From assembly GCA_036745095.1 (NCBI GenBank), contig DAIOGT010000001.1:26201-90200 (forward strand): DNA of 64,000 nucleotides, written 5' to 3'. The first letter of the stretch is position 1; the number at the start of each line of letters is the position of its first letter. Made by a program: the position numbers and the translations under genes. Positions 1 through 10,300 of this stretch are shown piece by piece. The notes below the pieces were generated by a model that did not search any database, was not told the origin of the DNA, and was given only the letters and a program-made list of their open reading frames with translations. The stretch is from Pyrinomonadaceae bacterium (lineage in GTDB: Bacteria > Acidobacteriota > Blastocatellia > Pyrinomonadales > Pyrinomonadaceae).

Positions 1-218
1 CTGCGGCAAGTTTATGGGTGACGGCGGCGATTGGTATTGCGGTCGGAGTGGGAATGTTTTTGATGTCGGTGGTGACCACGATCCTCGTTTTTGTTTTGCT
101 CCGATTTGGTCCAAAGGTTACGCCCAAAACGGATGGAGGCGATCGAATGCCAACAAGCGCAAGCGACCCAAGCGGCACCGCAAGTAAAGGGGGTGTCTAT
201 GAGCAACATGGGAATTGA
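1..218 (+). CDS. MgtC/SapB-family membrane protein, C-terminal fragment (5' end outside the window)
   Basis: The frame is open from nt 3 and reads AASLWVTAAIGIAVGVGMF..., which resembles the conserved MgtC-family helix. Stop at 216-218. Track ORF 18..218 is only the GTG-trimmed tail. Confidence 0.5.
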   Translation, partial: AASLWVTAAIGIAVGVGMFLMSVVTTILVFVLLRFGPKVTPKTDGGDRMPTSASDPSGTASKGGVYEQHGN

Positions 219-741
219 TCTTTTGTCGTTGTGGTGGAGCATCGGCTGGGAGGCTATGGAACTCTGCGATACGGTCGAGCGCCTGCCGGACGTTTGTGCG
301 TGCGGTGACGCTGAGGCGCATCTCGAAGGCCGCTGTCGTTGTTGCAATAGGCATAGGCCGATAGAAGAAGGTCCCGAGCGCGAAGAAAACTGCAGCGCCA
401 TAATCGCCCGCCTGCGAACGGACCTGAGAATACTCGCCAACGAGTTCAAGTCTACAGCTGGTCCAGTCGAAGCGCTTGCCCTGGTGAAAGGTGATGTTGA
501 ATTGCGTCGAGGGATCTTTCTCACGCCAAATGATCTGCAACAAGTTTTAGTGGTATTCGCACGGATAACCGAGTCTGTCGCCGGATTTCGCATGAATTGC
601 AGTATCACGCAGATGCAGCGCATGAAGCGTTACTGCGTCGAACTGAAAGAAGCTTGCCGACGAATTAACAGGGAACTGCTGGGAGAAGAGAAAGATGAGG
701 GAAGTAATGGCAACAGACCCGGTTTGCCACATGCCGCTTGA
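199..741 (+). CDS. Cys/His-rich helical protein of unknown function, paralog 1 of 3 (CxCGDx3HLxGRCxCC motif)
   Basis: ATG at 199 is preceded by AAAGGGGG (track ORF 91..741 trimmed). Motif VCACGDAEAHLEGRCRCC. It aligns along its whole length with 20975..21445 (IIARLRTDL/IIRRLRTDL, ELRRGIFL, TESVAGFR, CVEL) and more distantly with 13011..13592. Confidence 0.6.
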   Translation: MSNMGIDLLSLWWSIGWEAMELCDTVERLPDVCACGDAEAHLEGRCRCCNRHRPIEEGPEREENCSAIIARLRTDLRILANEFKSTAGPVEALALVKGDVELRRGIFLTPNDLQQVLVVFARITESVAGFRMNCSITQMQRMKRYCVELKEACRRINRELLGEEKDEGSNGNRPGLPHAA

Positions 742-880
742 TGACAAGCACGTCAAGGAGGCTCTCGTTCACGACGGGCGAGAGTACTACTTCTGCTCAG
801 TGGGATGTCGGGCTGAATTCGAGAGGCATGTTGAGGACTACGTTCAGAAGACAGTCGATGGGGTGAACAAAGATGTGTAG
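707..880 (+). CDS. YHS-domain (TRASH-like) small metal-binding protein
   Basis: DPVCHMPLD...GREYYFCSVGCRAEF fits the YHS motif. Start is 695 or 707. It overlaps the 3' end of the upstream gene, and its stop (878-880) overlaps the next ATG (873). Confidence 0.7.
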   Translation: MATDPVCHMPLDDKHVKEALVHDGREYYFCSVGCRAEFERHVEDYVQKTVDGVNKDV

Positions 881-1775
881 GTTTCTCTGCTACATGGGAC
901 CAGAAATTCTTCTTTCGGATTTGCTTTACCGACCGAAGAACTCGCTGATCCTTCAGAGTTACAAGTCAAAGGAGCGCAAAGAGCCGCTCAACGGGGATGG
1001 CTTCGGAGTTGGCTGGTACACGCCTGAAAACGGCCCGACACCCTGCATCTTCACCAGCATCACGCCGGCATGGAGCAACGACAACCTTCTCCGCCTGAGT
1101 GAGCATGTGAAGTCGCCCTGTTTCTTCGCCCATATACGCGCCGCATCACCAGGCATGAAGGTTTCCGAACTGAATTGCCATCCCTTTCAGATCGGCCGCT
1201 ACCTCTGGATGCATAACGGGACGATTCAAGGGTTTTGGCAAATCAGACGGCGTTTGCGCGAATCTTTGCCAGATCATCTCTACAACACAATTGAAGGCAC
1301 GACCGATTCTGAACATGCGTTTGCGGTCTTTCTAAATCTACTTGGCGATACTGACCGTCACCGGACGGCGAAAGAAATCGGCCACGTGTTGGTGAAGACA
1401 GTCAAGCAGCTTGAATTGTGGACAGCAGAGACAAATAACGCAGCGCCATCCTACTACAACTTTGCAGTAACAGACGGACGGAACGTCGCCGCGATTCGCT
1501 ACGTCTCCGACCCGACAGTGGAGCCAGCTTCGCTCTATTTTGCCGCCGGCAGAAAGTACGAATGCGCAGATGGAATTTGCCGAGTGGTCGAATGTGATCC
1601 GCGCGAGAGAGCAGTCGTGATCGCATCCGAGCGACTGAGTGAAGACGTCGATAACTGGTTCCGAGTCGCTCCGAATCATTTGCTGACTGTCAGTGAGGAC
1701 CTTGATGTCGGTGTTGAGTTAATGGAGATCGAGCGGCACGGCTCAAGAGTAGAAATGCCGTCTTTCTACACGTAA
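873..1775 (+). CDS. class II (Ntn-type) glutamine amidotransferase family protein
   Basis: N-terminal MC (catalytic Cys2), then GDGFGVGWY and HIRAASPG...NCHPF, typical of the YafJ/EgtC-like GATase-2 family. Confidence 0.75.
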   Translation: MCRFLCYMGPEILLSDLLYRPKNSLILQSYKSKERKEPLNGDGFGVGWYTPENGPTPCIFTSITPAWSNDNLLRLSEHVKSPCFFAHIRAASPGMKVSELNCHPFQIGRYLWMHNGTIQGFWQIRRRLRESLPDHLYNTIEGTTDSEHAFAVFLNLLGDTDRHRTAKEIGHVLVKTVKQLELWTAETNNAAPSYYNFAVTDGRNVAAIRYVSDPTVEPASLYFAAGRKYECADGICRVVECDPRERAVVIASERLSEDVDNWFRVAPNHLLTVSEDLDVGVELMEIERHGSRVEMPSFYT

Positions 1776-1823
1776 GGTAGTTTGGGTGGTCATCATTTCA
1801 TACGAAACAAGGAACTAGGACTT

Positions 1824-2378
1824 ATGAGTAACAAGACACACAAAAAAGCGAATCATGGTCGCGAGCATAAGAGGCAACAGTTCTCCAAGCCTGCTCGACG
1901 AAATTCTAATTGGCTCATGTTGCTAGTCATCGTGAGTCTCGGCGCTGTTATTGCTTACCTGGTTATTGGTCGTGAGCGGCAGGTCCCGACGATAACGACC
2001 GCCAGTGCTAGAACAATTGACGTCGCTTTGGGGATGAAAGAGATACGCATTCCACTGAGCGAAGTTAGCAGCGGTCAGGCAAAGTTTTTCGAAGCGGCTT
2101 TACCAAGCAATACAACTGCTCGATTCTTTGTTGTCAAAACTTCAGATGGTGTTTACCGCGCGGCCTTAGATGCTTGCGAGGTCTGCTACGGCTCTCACAA
2201 AGGCTACTACCAGGATGGAGACCAAATGGTCTGCAGAAAATGTGGAAGGCATTTCGCCGTCAATACCGTGAACAACGGCACCAGCGGGTGCCATCCGGTC
2301 GGTTTGAGCCGCGGAGTTGAAGGCGAGGAGCTCGTCATTCCGACGGTCGAACTTCAAAGCGGAACCCAATATTTCTGA
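1824..2378 (+). CDS. membrane-anchored Cys-rich protein, DUF2318-like
   Basis: One N-terminal TM (WLMLLVIVSLGAVIAYLVI) followed by FFVVKTSDGVYRAALDACEVC...CRKCGRHF...GCHP, a pattern I recall from DUF2318 proteins that accompany FtsX-type ABC systems. ATG at 1824 (track start 1782 is TTG). Confidence 0.6.
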   Translation: MSNKTHKKANHGREHKRQQFSKPARRNSNWLMLLVIVSLGAVIAYLVIGRERQVPTITTASARTIDVALGMKEIRIPLSEVSSGQAKFFEAALPSNTTARFFVVKTSDGVYRAALDACEVCYGSHKGYYQDGDQMVCRKCGRHFAVNTVNNGTSGCHPVGLSRGVEGEELVIPTVELQSGTQYF

Positions 2379-2397
2379 GACCCTGCAGGAGTGAGTA

Positions 2398-3666
2398 ATG
2401 AGAATTAGTTCCATTGCCTGGGCGAACTTGAAACGGCGTAAGGGCAAGGCTGCGTTCCTGGTCGTAGGCATCAGCATTGGCATCGCCACGGTCGTTGCGC
2501 TGCTGACATTAAGCCGCTTGATCAGAGACGAGATCGGCGCCCAACTCGATCAATACGGCGCCAACATCATCGTCATGCCGCAGTCTAATAGCTTGTCACT
2601 CGATTACGGCGGCATCTCCGTCACCGGAGTCTCGCTTGATGTCAATCAACTAAAAAATGAAGACGCCAAGCGCGTGCTTGAAATCCCTTACCGCAATCGG
2701 ATCAGCGTGGTGGCGCCCAAGATTCTTGGCGTCTCTGATGTTGAAGGTCAACAGGTGCTTCTTGCTGGTGTCGATTTTCCGAGCGAACTGAGACTGAAAC
2801 GTTGGTGGCGGCTGGTTGGGCAGAAGCCTGAAGACGACGGAGACCTGCTGGTTGGATATGACGTGGCGAAACGTCTATCGCTCATTGAGCCGACTGCCGA
2901 CGGACAATCCCAAGCGGTCCCAGTCATGGAAATGTCCGACGTGACAGTCGACATCCGGCCCCATCATATCAACGTAGAGCAAAACAGGTTCAGGCTCGTG
3001 CGCGACCGTCTGCGGATTGCCAGCCGGGAGCATCGCGTAGCGGGAGTGATCACTCCAACGGGTGGAAGCGAGGACCAGATGATCTTCGGCTCGCTTCCTC
3101 ACTTCCAGACACTCTTAGGCAAGCCCGATCAGTTGAGCATGATCGAAGTCAGCGCGCTCTGCATCGGTTGTCCAGTGGAAGACATCGTCAACCAAATCAG
3201 CACGCAGCTTCCGAACGCGAAGGTTTCTGCCTTACAGCAATCCGTCCGAGCCCGAGCAGAGACGGTGGATCGTTTGACGCGTTTCGCTACCGCGGTTTCG
3301 GCGGTTGTGCTTTTGATCGGCGGGCTGATGGTTTTCACCACGATGATGGGATCGGTAGTCGAACGAACCAAAGAAATCGGCGTGTTGCGAGCCATCGGCC
3401 TCCGTAAGAGACAGATCATTAATGAGCTAATGATCGAGGTAGCCGCTATTAGCACGGTCGGCGGTTTGGTGGGTTGGATAGTGGGAATGCTGATCAGTTG
3501 GTTGATTTTGCCTTACTTCAGCCAATCGGGTCTAAAGCTGGAATTTGATCCGAAGATCGCGCTGGGCGCTGTTGGCGTTGCGCTTCTGATCGGCGCGGTT
3601 AGCAGCGTGTATCCGGCGATTCGAGCCTCACGGCTCGATCCGTCGGAAGCGGTTCGTTACGTGTGA
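2398..3666 (+). CDS. ABC transporter permease, FtsX/MacB type with a large periplasmic domain
   Basis: N-terminus IAWANLKRRKGKAAFLVVGISIGIA, a ~250-aa extracytoplasmic loop, then three C-terminal TMs ending RASRLDPSEAVRY (FtsX-family signature). Confidence 0.85.
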   Translation: MRISSIAWANLKRRKGKAAFLVVGISIGIATVVALLTLSRLIRDEIGAQLDQYGANIIVMPQSNSLSLDYGGISVTGVSLDVNQLKNEDAKRVLEIPYRNRISVVAPKILGVSDVEGQQVLLAGVDFPSELRLKRWWRLVGQKPEDDGDLLVGYDVAKRLSLIEPTADGQSQAVPVMEMSDVTVDIRPHHINVEQNRFRLVRDRLRIASREHRVAGVITPTGGSEDQMIFGSLPHFQTLLGKPDQLSMIEVSALCIGCPVEDIVNQISTQLPNAKVSALQQSVRARAETVDRLTRFATAVSAVVLLIGGLMVFTTMMGSVVERTKEIGVLRAIGLRKRQIINELMIEVAAISTVGGLVGWIVGMLISWLILPYFSQSGLKLEFDPKIALGAVGVALLIGAVSSVYPAIRASRLDPSEAVRYV

Positions 3667-3679
3667 AGGAGAGCGAACG

Positions 3680-4384
3680 ATGTCATTTGTAGTCATTAAG
3701 GATGTCGGCAAGGTTTATCAGCCCAATGGGATTGATTCGGCAGTCCGTGTGCTGGCGGACATCAACCTCGAAGTCAAAGAGGGTGAGTTCATTTCTCTAA
3801 TGGGCCCGTCTGGATCGGGCAAGAGCACGTTGCTAACCATCATGGGAGCAATGAATCGACCCAGCGAAGGTCGCGTCCTGGTTGACGACATTGATGTGTA
3901 CGAGTTGCCGGAGGAGCGGCGCGCAGATTTTCGGCTCGAGTATCTCGGCTTCGTTTTTCAGCAACATCATTTGATGCCATATCTCAACGCGCTTGAGAAC
4001 GTGATGCTGCCCATGGTGACGAGTAAGACCAGCGCCAAAGAGAAACGAAGTCGTGCGCTCGCCGTACTGCAAAGCGTTGGACTCGTGAGCAAAGCGGCAC
4101 GGCTTCCCAATCAGCTATCCGGCGGAGAACAAGGTCGTTTGGCAATTGCGCGAGCGCTCGTGAACGAGCCGCCACTCATTCTCGCGGACGAGCCGACGGG
4201 AACACTTGATACGGACACGGGACGAGAAATCATGGACGTCTTTCAGCAGCTTAATGCCGAAGGCCAGACGATATTCATGGTCACGCACAATCCCGACAAC
4301 GCGGCGGTGGCCCATCGGGTCGTGAATATCAGAGACGGCCGCATGTTTGATGAAAGTGAAGGGTGCTCAGTGAGCACCGAATAA
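3680..4384 (+). CDS. ABC transporter ATP-binding protein (MacB/LolD-like)
   Basis: Walker A GPSGSGKST, signature LSGGEQGRLAIARAL, Walker B LILADEPTG. Confidence 0.9.
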   Translation: MSFVVIKDVGKVYQPNGIDSAVRVLADINLEVKEGEFISLMGPSGSGKSTLLTIMGAMNRPSEGRVLVDDIDVYELPEERRADFRLEYLGFVFQQHHLMPYLNALENVMLPMVTSKTSAKEKRSRALAVLQSVGLVSKAARLPNQLSGGEQGRLAIARALVNEPPLILADEPTGTLDTDTGREIMDVFQQLNAEGQTIFMVTHNPDNAAVAHRVVNIRDGRMFDESEGCSVSTE

Positions 4385-4395
4385 GGAGAGGAATA

Positions 4396-5742
4396 GTGAA
4401 AGCGAAGCTAATCCAAAGAGTGCTTACCTACCTCGTGATCGCGATCTTGACGGGAAGCAGTGTTGTCGTGGCCCAACAGCCCAGCACAACAACTTCGGGC
4501 ACTGATGACACGGTTCGCGATCAGCAGACAGTTCCGCAGCGTACATCCGATGGGAGTGCCGGGAGTCCAGCGCTGCAACAGTTGATCGAGCAAGCACTGG
4601 AGAACAATCCAGAGATCAAGGCGATGCAGCGTCGCTTCGACATGATGCGGGCGCGTATTCCGCAAGCGAAAGCGCTCGACGAGCCCATGCTGAGCGTGGG
4701 TTACATGGGCGACATCGTTCCTTTCAAGGTTCAAAAAGGCGATCCATCGAGCGGACGCTCGATTTCAATCAGCCAGGATCTGCCCTATCCAGGCAAGCGA
4801 TCATTGAAAGGCAAGATTGCCAGCACGGACGCGGATGCGGAGTGGTGGAATTTCGAACAGACTCGGCGGAATGTCGTGGCTGAAGTGAAAGATGCCTACT
4901 TCGATCTCTACTACATCACCAAAGCAATCGGCGTGGTCAATAAGACCAAAACGCTGCTTGAGCAATTCACCAAAATCGCCGAAGTGCGATACGCCGTTGG
5001 CCGTGGGATTCAGCAGGACGTTCTCAAAGCCCAGGTTGAGTTCTCAAAGCTGATCGAGCAACAGACCGTGCTGGAGCAGCGTAAGCAGATCGCTGAAGCC
5101 CGGCTGAACAGCCTGCTATATCGCGAGTCAGATTCTCCATTGGGCGTTCCTGAGGAATTGAAGCCGCGCGATTTCCCTTACTCGCTGGCGCAACTCAATG
5201 AAACGGCGGTCGCTAACTATCCTGACCTGAAAGCTCAACGGCGTAAGATCGAAGGCGCGCAGTATTCGATTCAACTGGCGAAGAAAGACTTCTACCCGGA
5301 TTTCTCAGTAGGTTTCACCTACATCAACCGCCCTGCGATGCCGGAGATGTACGGCGTAAACGTCGGCGTCAAGCTGCCGGTTTACGTCTGGCAGAAGCAA
5401 CGCCCGGCGCTTACGGAAGCGACGGCCAGCTTCGAGGCCGAGAAACGAAGTTTGGAGAACAAGACGACGTTGCTGATGTTCAAGATCAGGGACAAGTACC
5501 TGGCGGAGACGACCGCTCAACGTCTGGTCAAGCTTTACAGCACAACGATCGTACCCCAGTCGTCGCTTTCGCTTGAGTCAGCCATTGCCGGATACGAAGT
5601 CGGCAAAGTTGATTTTCTAACGCTCCTGGACAATCTCGTGACGCTGCTCAACTACGAGCTTAGTTATTACGAGCAGCTCAGTAATGAGGAGAAGGCCGTC
5701 GCGGGATTGGAGCCTTTAGTAGGAGTCACGTTGAGACCATAA
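4396..5742 (+). CDS. cusC: TolC-family outer-membrane efflux protein (CusC/CzcC-like)
   Basis: GTG at 4396 follows AAGGAGAGG. Signal peptide ...SSVVVAQQ. The two-repeat OEP architecture is typical (NNPEIKAMQRRFD..., ANYPDLKAQRRKIEGA...). Confidence 0.8.
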   Translation: MKAKLIQRVLTYLVIAILTGSSVVVAQQPSTTTSGTDDTVRDQQTVPQRTSDGSAGSPALQQLIEQALENNPEIKAMQRRFDMMRARIPQAKALDEPMLSVGYMGDIVPFKVQKGDPSSGRSISISQDLPYPGKRSLKGKIASTDADAEWWNFEQTRRNVVAEVKDAYFDLYYITKAIGVVNKTKTLLEQFTKIAEVRYAVGRGIQQDVLKAQVEFSKLIEQQTVLEQRKQIAEARLNSLLYRESDSPLGVPEELKPRDFPYSLAQLNETAVANYPDLKAQRRKIEGAQYSIQLAKKDFYPDFSVGFTYINRPAMPEMYGVNVGVKLPVYVWQKQRPALTEATASFEAEKRSLENKTTLLMFKIRDKYLAETTAQRLVKLYSTTIVPQSSLSLESAIAGYEVGKVDFLTLLDNLVTLLNYELSYYEQLSNEEKAVAGLEPLVGVTLRP

Positions 5743-5784
5743 GGATGCTTCGTCACAGGTTAGTGAATGAGGAAGGACTTGGAC

Positions 5785-7359
5785 ATGACGACGAAAGATA
5801 AATCACAGAACGGAGGGATCGGGCTAATGGAAGAGAGGAAGGAGCAAGAGCACGCCGAAGAAGTGATTTACCCGGCGGTTGACGCGCCGACTCCTAATGA
5901 GCTGGAGAATCTTTACGCGAAGAATGATGTTCCGGCCACTGCTTCGGAAACGCAGACTGAGGCCGAGAAAAAAGAGCCCACTGTGAAAGAGCAGAAGCCT
6001 GCTCGCAGAAGGAGAAAATGGCCTGTGTTAATTGCCGGCTTAGCCGCTGTTGCGATTGGCATCGCAGTCTTTCTTTACCTCCGAAACCAACCAAAGCCTG
6101 TGCCGACGCCGAAGTCCGTGGGTGGGCCGATGGAAACAACGACGACCACGACCGGAATGCCCGAGACTGCTTTCAAGATTAGCCCAGAGAAGCAGCAATT
6201 GATCGGCGTGCAGTACGGTACCGTCGATTATCAAACTATTTCCAAGTCTCTGCGCGCGGTGGGCAAGGTTGCCTTCGATGAAACAAAAATCAGTCGCATC
6301 AACCCTAAGATCGAAGGCTGGATAGAGAACGTTTACGTGGATTTCACCGGAAAATTAGTCCAGAAGGGCCAGCCGCTGCTCACGATCTACAGTCCCGACC
6401 TGGTGCAAACGCAAGAAGAGTATCTGCTGGCCGTCAAGGGCAGAAGGCAACTCGGAGAGAGTCCTTTTCCTGACGCAGTTAACTTTTCCGAATCGCTGCT
6501 GCAATCAGCGCGAAGGCGGCTGGAGTTGTGGGACATCACCGACGCACAGATTAAAGAGCTGGAAAAGCGCGGCGCGCCTTCGCGAACCATGACCCTCTAT
6601 GCGCCGACCAGTGGCTTTGTGACAACACGCAACGCCTTTCCTAAGCAGCGCGTTATGCCGGAGACGGAACTCTATGCCATCGCCGATCTCTCGAACGTTT
6701 GGGTGATTGCCGACATCTACGAGTTCGAAGCCGCGGACATCAAGATGGGCCAGCCCGCGACAGTAACGATCTCTTCCTATCCCGGACGCGAGTTCAACGG
6801 AAAGATCACCTACATCTACCCGCAAGTCGACAACACTACTCGCACACTCAAGGTCAGAGTTGAGCTTGCGAACAAGGGGTTTGCGCTTAAGCCGGATATG
6901 TATGCGGACGTGGTTCTGGACATGAGCTACGGTCGGCGTCTCGTTGTCCCGCAGGAAGCCGTGATGGATTCAGGGTCGGAGCAGTTGGTTTACGTCTCGC
7001 TAAACGACGGTTATTTCGAACCCCGCAAGGTGCAACTTGGAGCCAAAGTCGATAACAAGTTTATTGTGCTTGGTGGGCTTAACGAGGGAGAACGGGTGGT
7101 TACGTCCGGAAACTTCTTGGTCGACTCTGAGAGCAAGTTGAAGTCAGCGTCGGGAGGAATGGGCATGCCAGGGATGGACCATGGTGGTGGTTCCAAGCCA
7201 AAGGAACAGGCAGCTCCCAAGGTCGATCATTCGCAGCATACTGGCGAGCGAAAGATTCTGTTCTGGTACGACCCGATGCACCCGGCATACAAGTCGGACA
7301 AACCAGGCAAAGCGCCCGACTGTGGAATGGACCTCGTGCCGAGGTACGCAGATCAATGA
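5785..7359 (+). CDS. cusB: RND efflux periplasmic adaptor (CusB-like) with a degenerate C-terminal heavy-metal-binding domain
   Basis: HlyD/MFP core (GKVAFDETKISRINPKIEGWI..., LYAPTSGFV, ADIYEFEAADIKMGQPA). C-terminal YDPMHPAYKSDKPGKAPDCGMDLVP. ATG at 5785 has the better SD; 5767 is the alternative. Confidence 0.85.
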   Translation: MTTKDKSQNGGIGLMEERKEQEHAEEVIYPAVDAPTPNELENLYAKNDVPATASETQTEAEKKEPTVKEQKPARRRRKWPVLIAGLAAVAIGIAVFLYLRNQPKPVPTPKSVGGPMETTTTTTGMPETAFKISPEKQQLIGVQYGTVDYQTISKSLRAVGKVAFDETKISRINPKIEGWIENVYVDFTGKLVQKGQPLLTIYSPDLVQTQEEYLLAVKGRRQLGESPFPDAVNFSESLLQSARRRLELWDITDAQIKELEKRGAPSRTMTLYAPTSGFVTTRNAFPKQRVMPETELYAIADLSNVWVIADIYEFEAADIKMGQPATVTISSYPGREFNGKITYIYPQVDNTTRTLKVRVELANKGFALKPDMYADVVLDMSYGRRLVVPQEAVMDSGSEQLVYVSLNDGYFEPRKVQLGAKVDNKFIVLGGLNEGERVVTSGNFLVDSESKLKSASGGMGMPGMDHGGGSKPKEQAAPKVDHSQHTGERKILFWYDPMHPAYKSDKPGKAPDCGMDLVPRYADQ

Positions 7360-7383
7360 CGAAAGTGAAGGTAAAAACAAGAC

Positions 7384-10300
7384 ATGATTAACAAAATCAT
7401 TGAAATCTGTGCCCACAACAAGTTCATGGTCCTGCTCATAGTCGGGGTGTTGACGCTTGCCGGGTTGTGGTCCATCAAGAACATTTCGCTCGATGCGCTT
7501 CCTGACCTCTCAGATACGCAGGTGATCATCTATTCGCGTTGGGATCGGAGTCCGGACATCATGGAGGACCAGGTTACCTACCCGATCATCTCTTCGCTGC
7601 TCGGTGTACCCAACGTAAAGGACATTCGTGGCTTTTCGGACTTCGGCTACTCCTACGTCTACATCATCTTCGAAGATGGCACCGACATCTATTGGGCCCG
7701 TTCACGCACGCTTGAGTATTTGAGCAATATCCTGCCGCGTTTGCCAGAGGGCGTAAACGTCGAGCTTGCCCGCGATGAGACTGCGGTTGGCTGGGTTTAT
7801 GAGTACGCGCTGGTTGATAAGACCGGACAAAACAATTTGGCGCAACTGCGAAGCTTCCAGGATTGGCACATGCGGTACGCCTTGCAGGCTGTGCCCGGAG
7901 TAGCCGAGGTCGCTCCGCTGGGAGGATTTGTCAAGCAATACCAGGTCAATGTCGATCCGAATGCGTTGCTCGCCTACGAGATTCCGATTGAACGCGTGGT
8001 CGAAGCTGTGCGTCAGGGGAACAGCGATGTGGGAGGCCGCCTGATCGAGTTTTCTGGTCGCGAGTACATGGTTCGTGGGCGTGGTTATATAAAGAAAGTC
8101 TCTGACGTGGAAAACATCGTTGTCGGGACCAGCAAGCAGGGCGGCACGCCTATTCTCGTCAGTAATCTCGGAACAGTAACGCTCGGTCCTGACATTCGGC
8201 GGGGCTTGGCTGATCTGGACGGAGAAGGAGATGTCGTCGGCGGAATTGTCATCATGCGTTATGGCGAGAACGCCGAGAAGGTCATCCAACGAGTACGGAC
8301 GAAATTAGATGAACTTAAGCCCTCATTGCCAAAAGGGGTCGAAATCGTCACGACTTATGATCGCGCAGAACTTATAGAGCGTGCGGTCGAAACGCTCAAA
8401 GGCACGCTTATAGAGGAACTGATCATCGTCAGTCTCATCATTATGATTTTCCTCTGGCACATCCCGTCCGCGATCGTGCCGATCATTACCATCCCGATTA
8501 CGATCATCATCTCATTCATTCCTATGTACTGGATGGGAATTACTGCGAACATCATGAGCCTCGGCGGAATCGCTATCGCTATTGGGGCGATGATTGATGC
8601 GGCGATTGTCGTTGTCGAGCAAACACACAAGAAACTCGAACACTGGGATGCCGAGGGCCGACCCGGCAGCTATAAAGATGTTGTCATTACTGCGGTAAAG
8701 GAAGTTGGCGGTCCAAGCTTCTTTGCGCTCCTCGTGATTGCAGTGGCGTTCATTCCCGTCTTCACGCTTGAGGGTCAGGAGGGAAGGCTCTTCAAGCCCC
8801 TCGCCTATACGAAGAACTTCTCCATGGCGATTGCCGCCTTCCTGGCAATCACACTCGACCCCGCGATTCGACTGCTCTTCACGCACATGGATCCTTATAA
8901 GTTCAGGCCAAAGTTCCTCGCAAAGATCACCAATGCGGTGCTGGTTGGCAAGATTCACAGCGAGGAAACCCATCCCATTAGCCGGCCGCTGATGAAGATC
9001 TATCACCCGGTTTGCGAGTTTGTATTACGGCACACATGGGCAGTCATCATTCTGGCAGTGCTGGCAGTTGTTTTGACCATTCCGATCTTCAATCGGCTTG
9101 GCTCAGAGTTCATGCCGCCCTTGAACGAGGGAACGCTGCTTTACATGCCGACGACACTACCGGGTATTTCAGTCACTCAAACCGAGCGTTTGCTCCAGGT
9201 AATGGATAAGAAGCTAAAGAGCTTCCCGGAGGTCGAGCGTGTGTTTGGCAAGGCTGGGCGAGCGGAAACTGCGACGGACCCGGCGCCATTCTCGATGATG
9301 GAGACAGTAATCGAACTCAAACCTGAATCCGAATGGCCCAAAGTACCGCGTTGGTATTCATCCTGGGCGCCAAATTGGGTGCAGGGAATTCTGCGCCGCG
9401 CGTGGCCGGATCATAAGAGCACGGATGAACTCATTTATGGGCCCGGCGGAATGAACGAAGCATTACAACTGCCCGGAGTCTCAAACGCCTGGACCATGCC
9501 CATCAAAGCGCGAATTGACATGTTGACGACGGGCGTGCGCACCCCGGTGGGCATAAAGATTATGGGCGCCGACCTGGCCGAGGTGCAGAAGCTCGGCGAG
9601 CACATTGAGATGTCACTAAAGGACGTACCTGGCACCAAGAGCGTATTTGCCGAACGCGCGGCTGGTGGGTATTTCCTCGATTTCACACTCAAGCGCGAGG
9701 CGCTGGCGCGTTATGGCCTCACTGTCGATCAGGCCAATGCCGTGGTGATGTCGGCAGTCGGGGGTGAGAATGTCACCACGACGGTCGAAGGTCGAGAGCG
9801 TTATCCGGTCAATGTTCGTTACTTGAGGGATTATCGCAGCGATCCGGACAAACTATCGCGAACTTTTGTGATGGCTCCGAACGGCACTCAGATTCCTCTG
9901 GGCCAGATTGCAGAAATCCAACTGGTCACTGGGCCAGCAATGATTCGCGATGAGAATGGTCGGCTTTCCGCGTACGTTACCGTCGACTTCGATACTTCCA
10001 AGCGAGACATTGGTAGCTATGTCGCGGATGCCAAGAAGGTGCTGCGTGAGAAAGTGCAGCTGCCTGCAGGCTATCAACTGATCTGGAGTGGCCAATTTGA
10101 AAGCATGGAACGGGTAAAGGCCCGGCTACTAATCGTCGTGCCAATCACGATCTTTCTCATTTTCATGTTGCTCTACTTTAATACTCGCTCAATTGCCAAA
10201 ACGCTAATTATTCTTCTGGCGGTTCCATTCTCTGCAATTGGAGCGATCTGGTTCCTCTACTTCCTCGACTACAACATGAGCATTGCCGTCTGGGTCGGCC

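Noticed and set aside
12-623. 203-aa - strand ORF overlapping paralog 1 of the Cys-rich family
   Set aside because: The + strand frame is supported by two collinear paralogs elsewhere in the window. The - strand product is Arg/Ser-rich with no motif.
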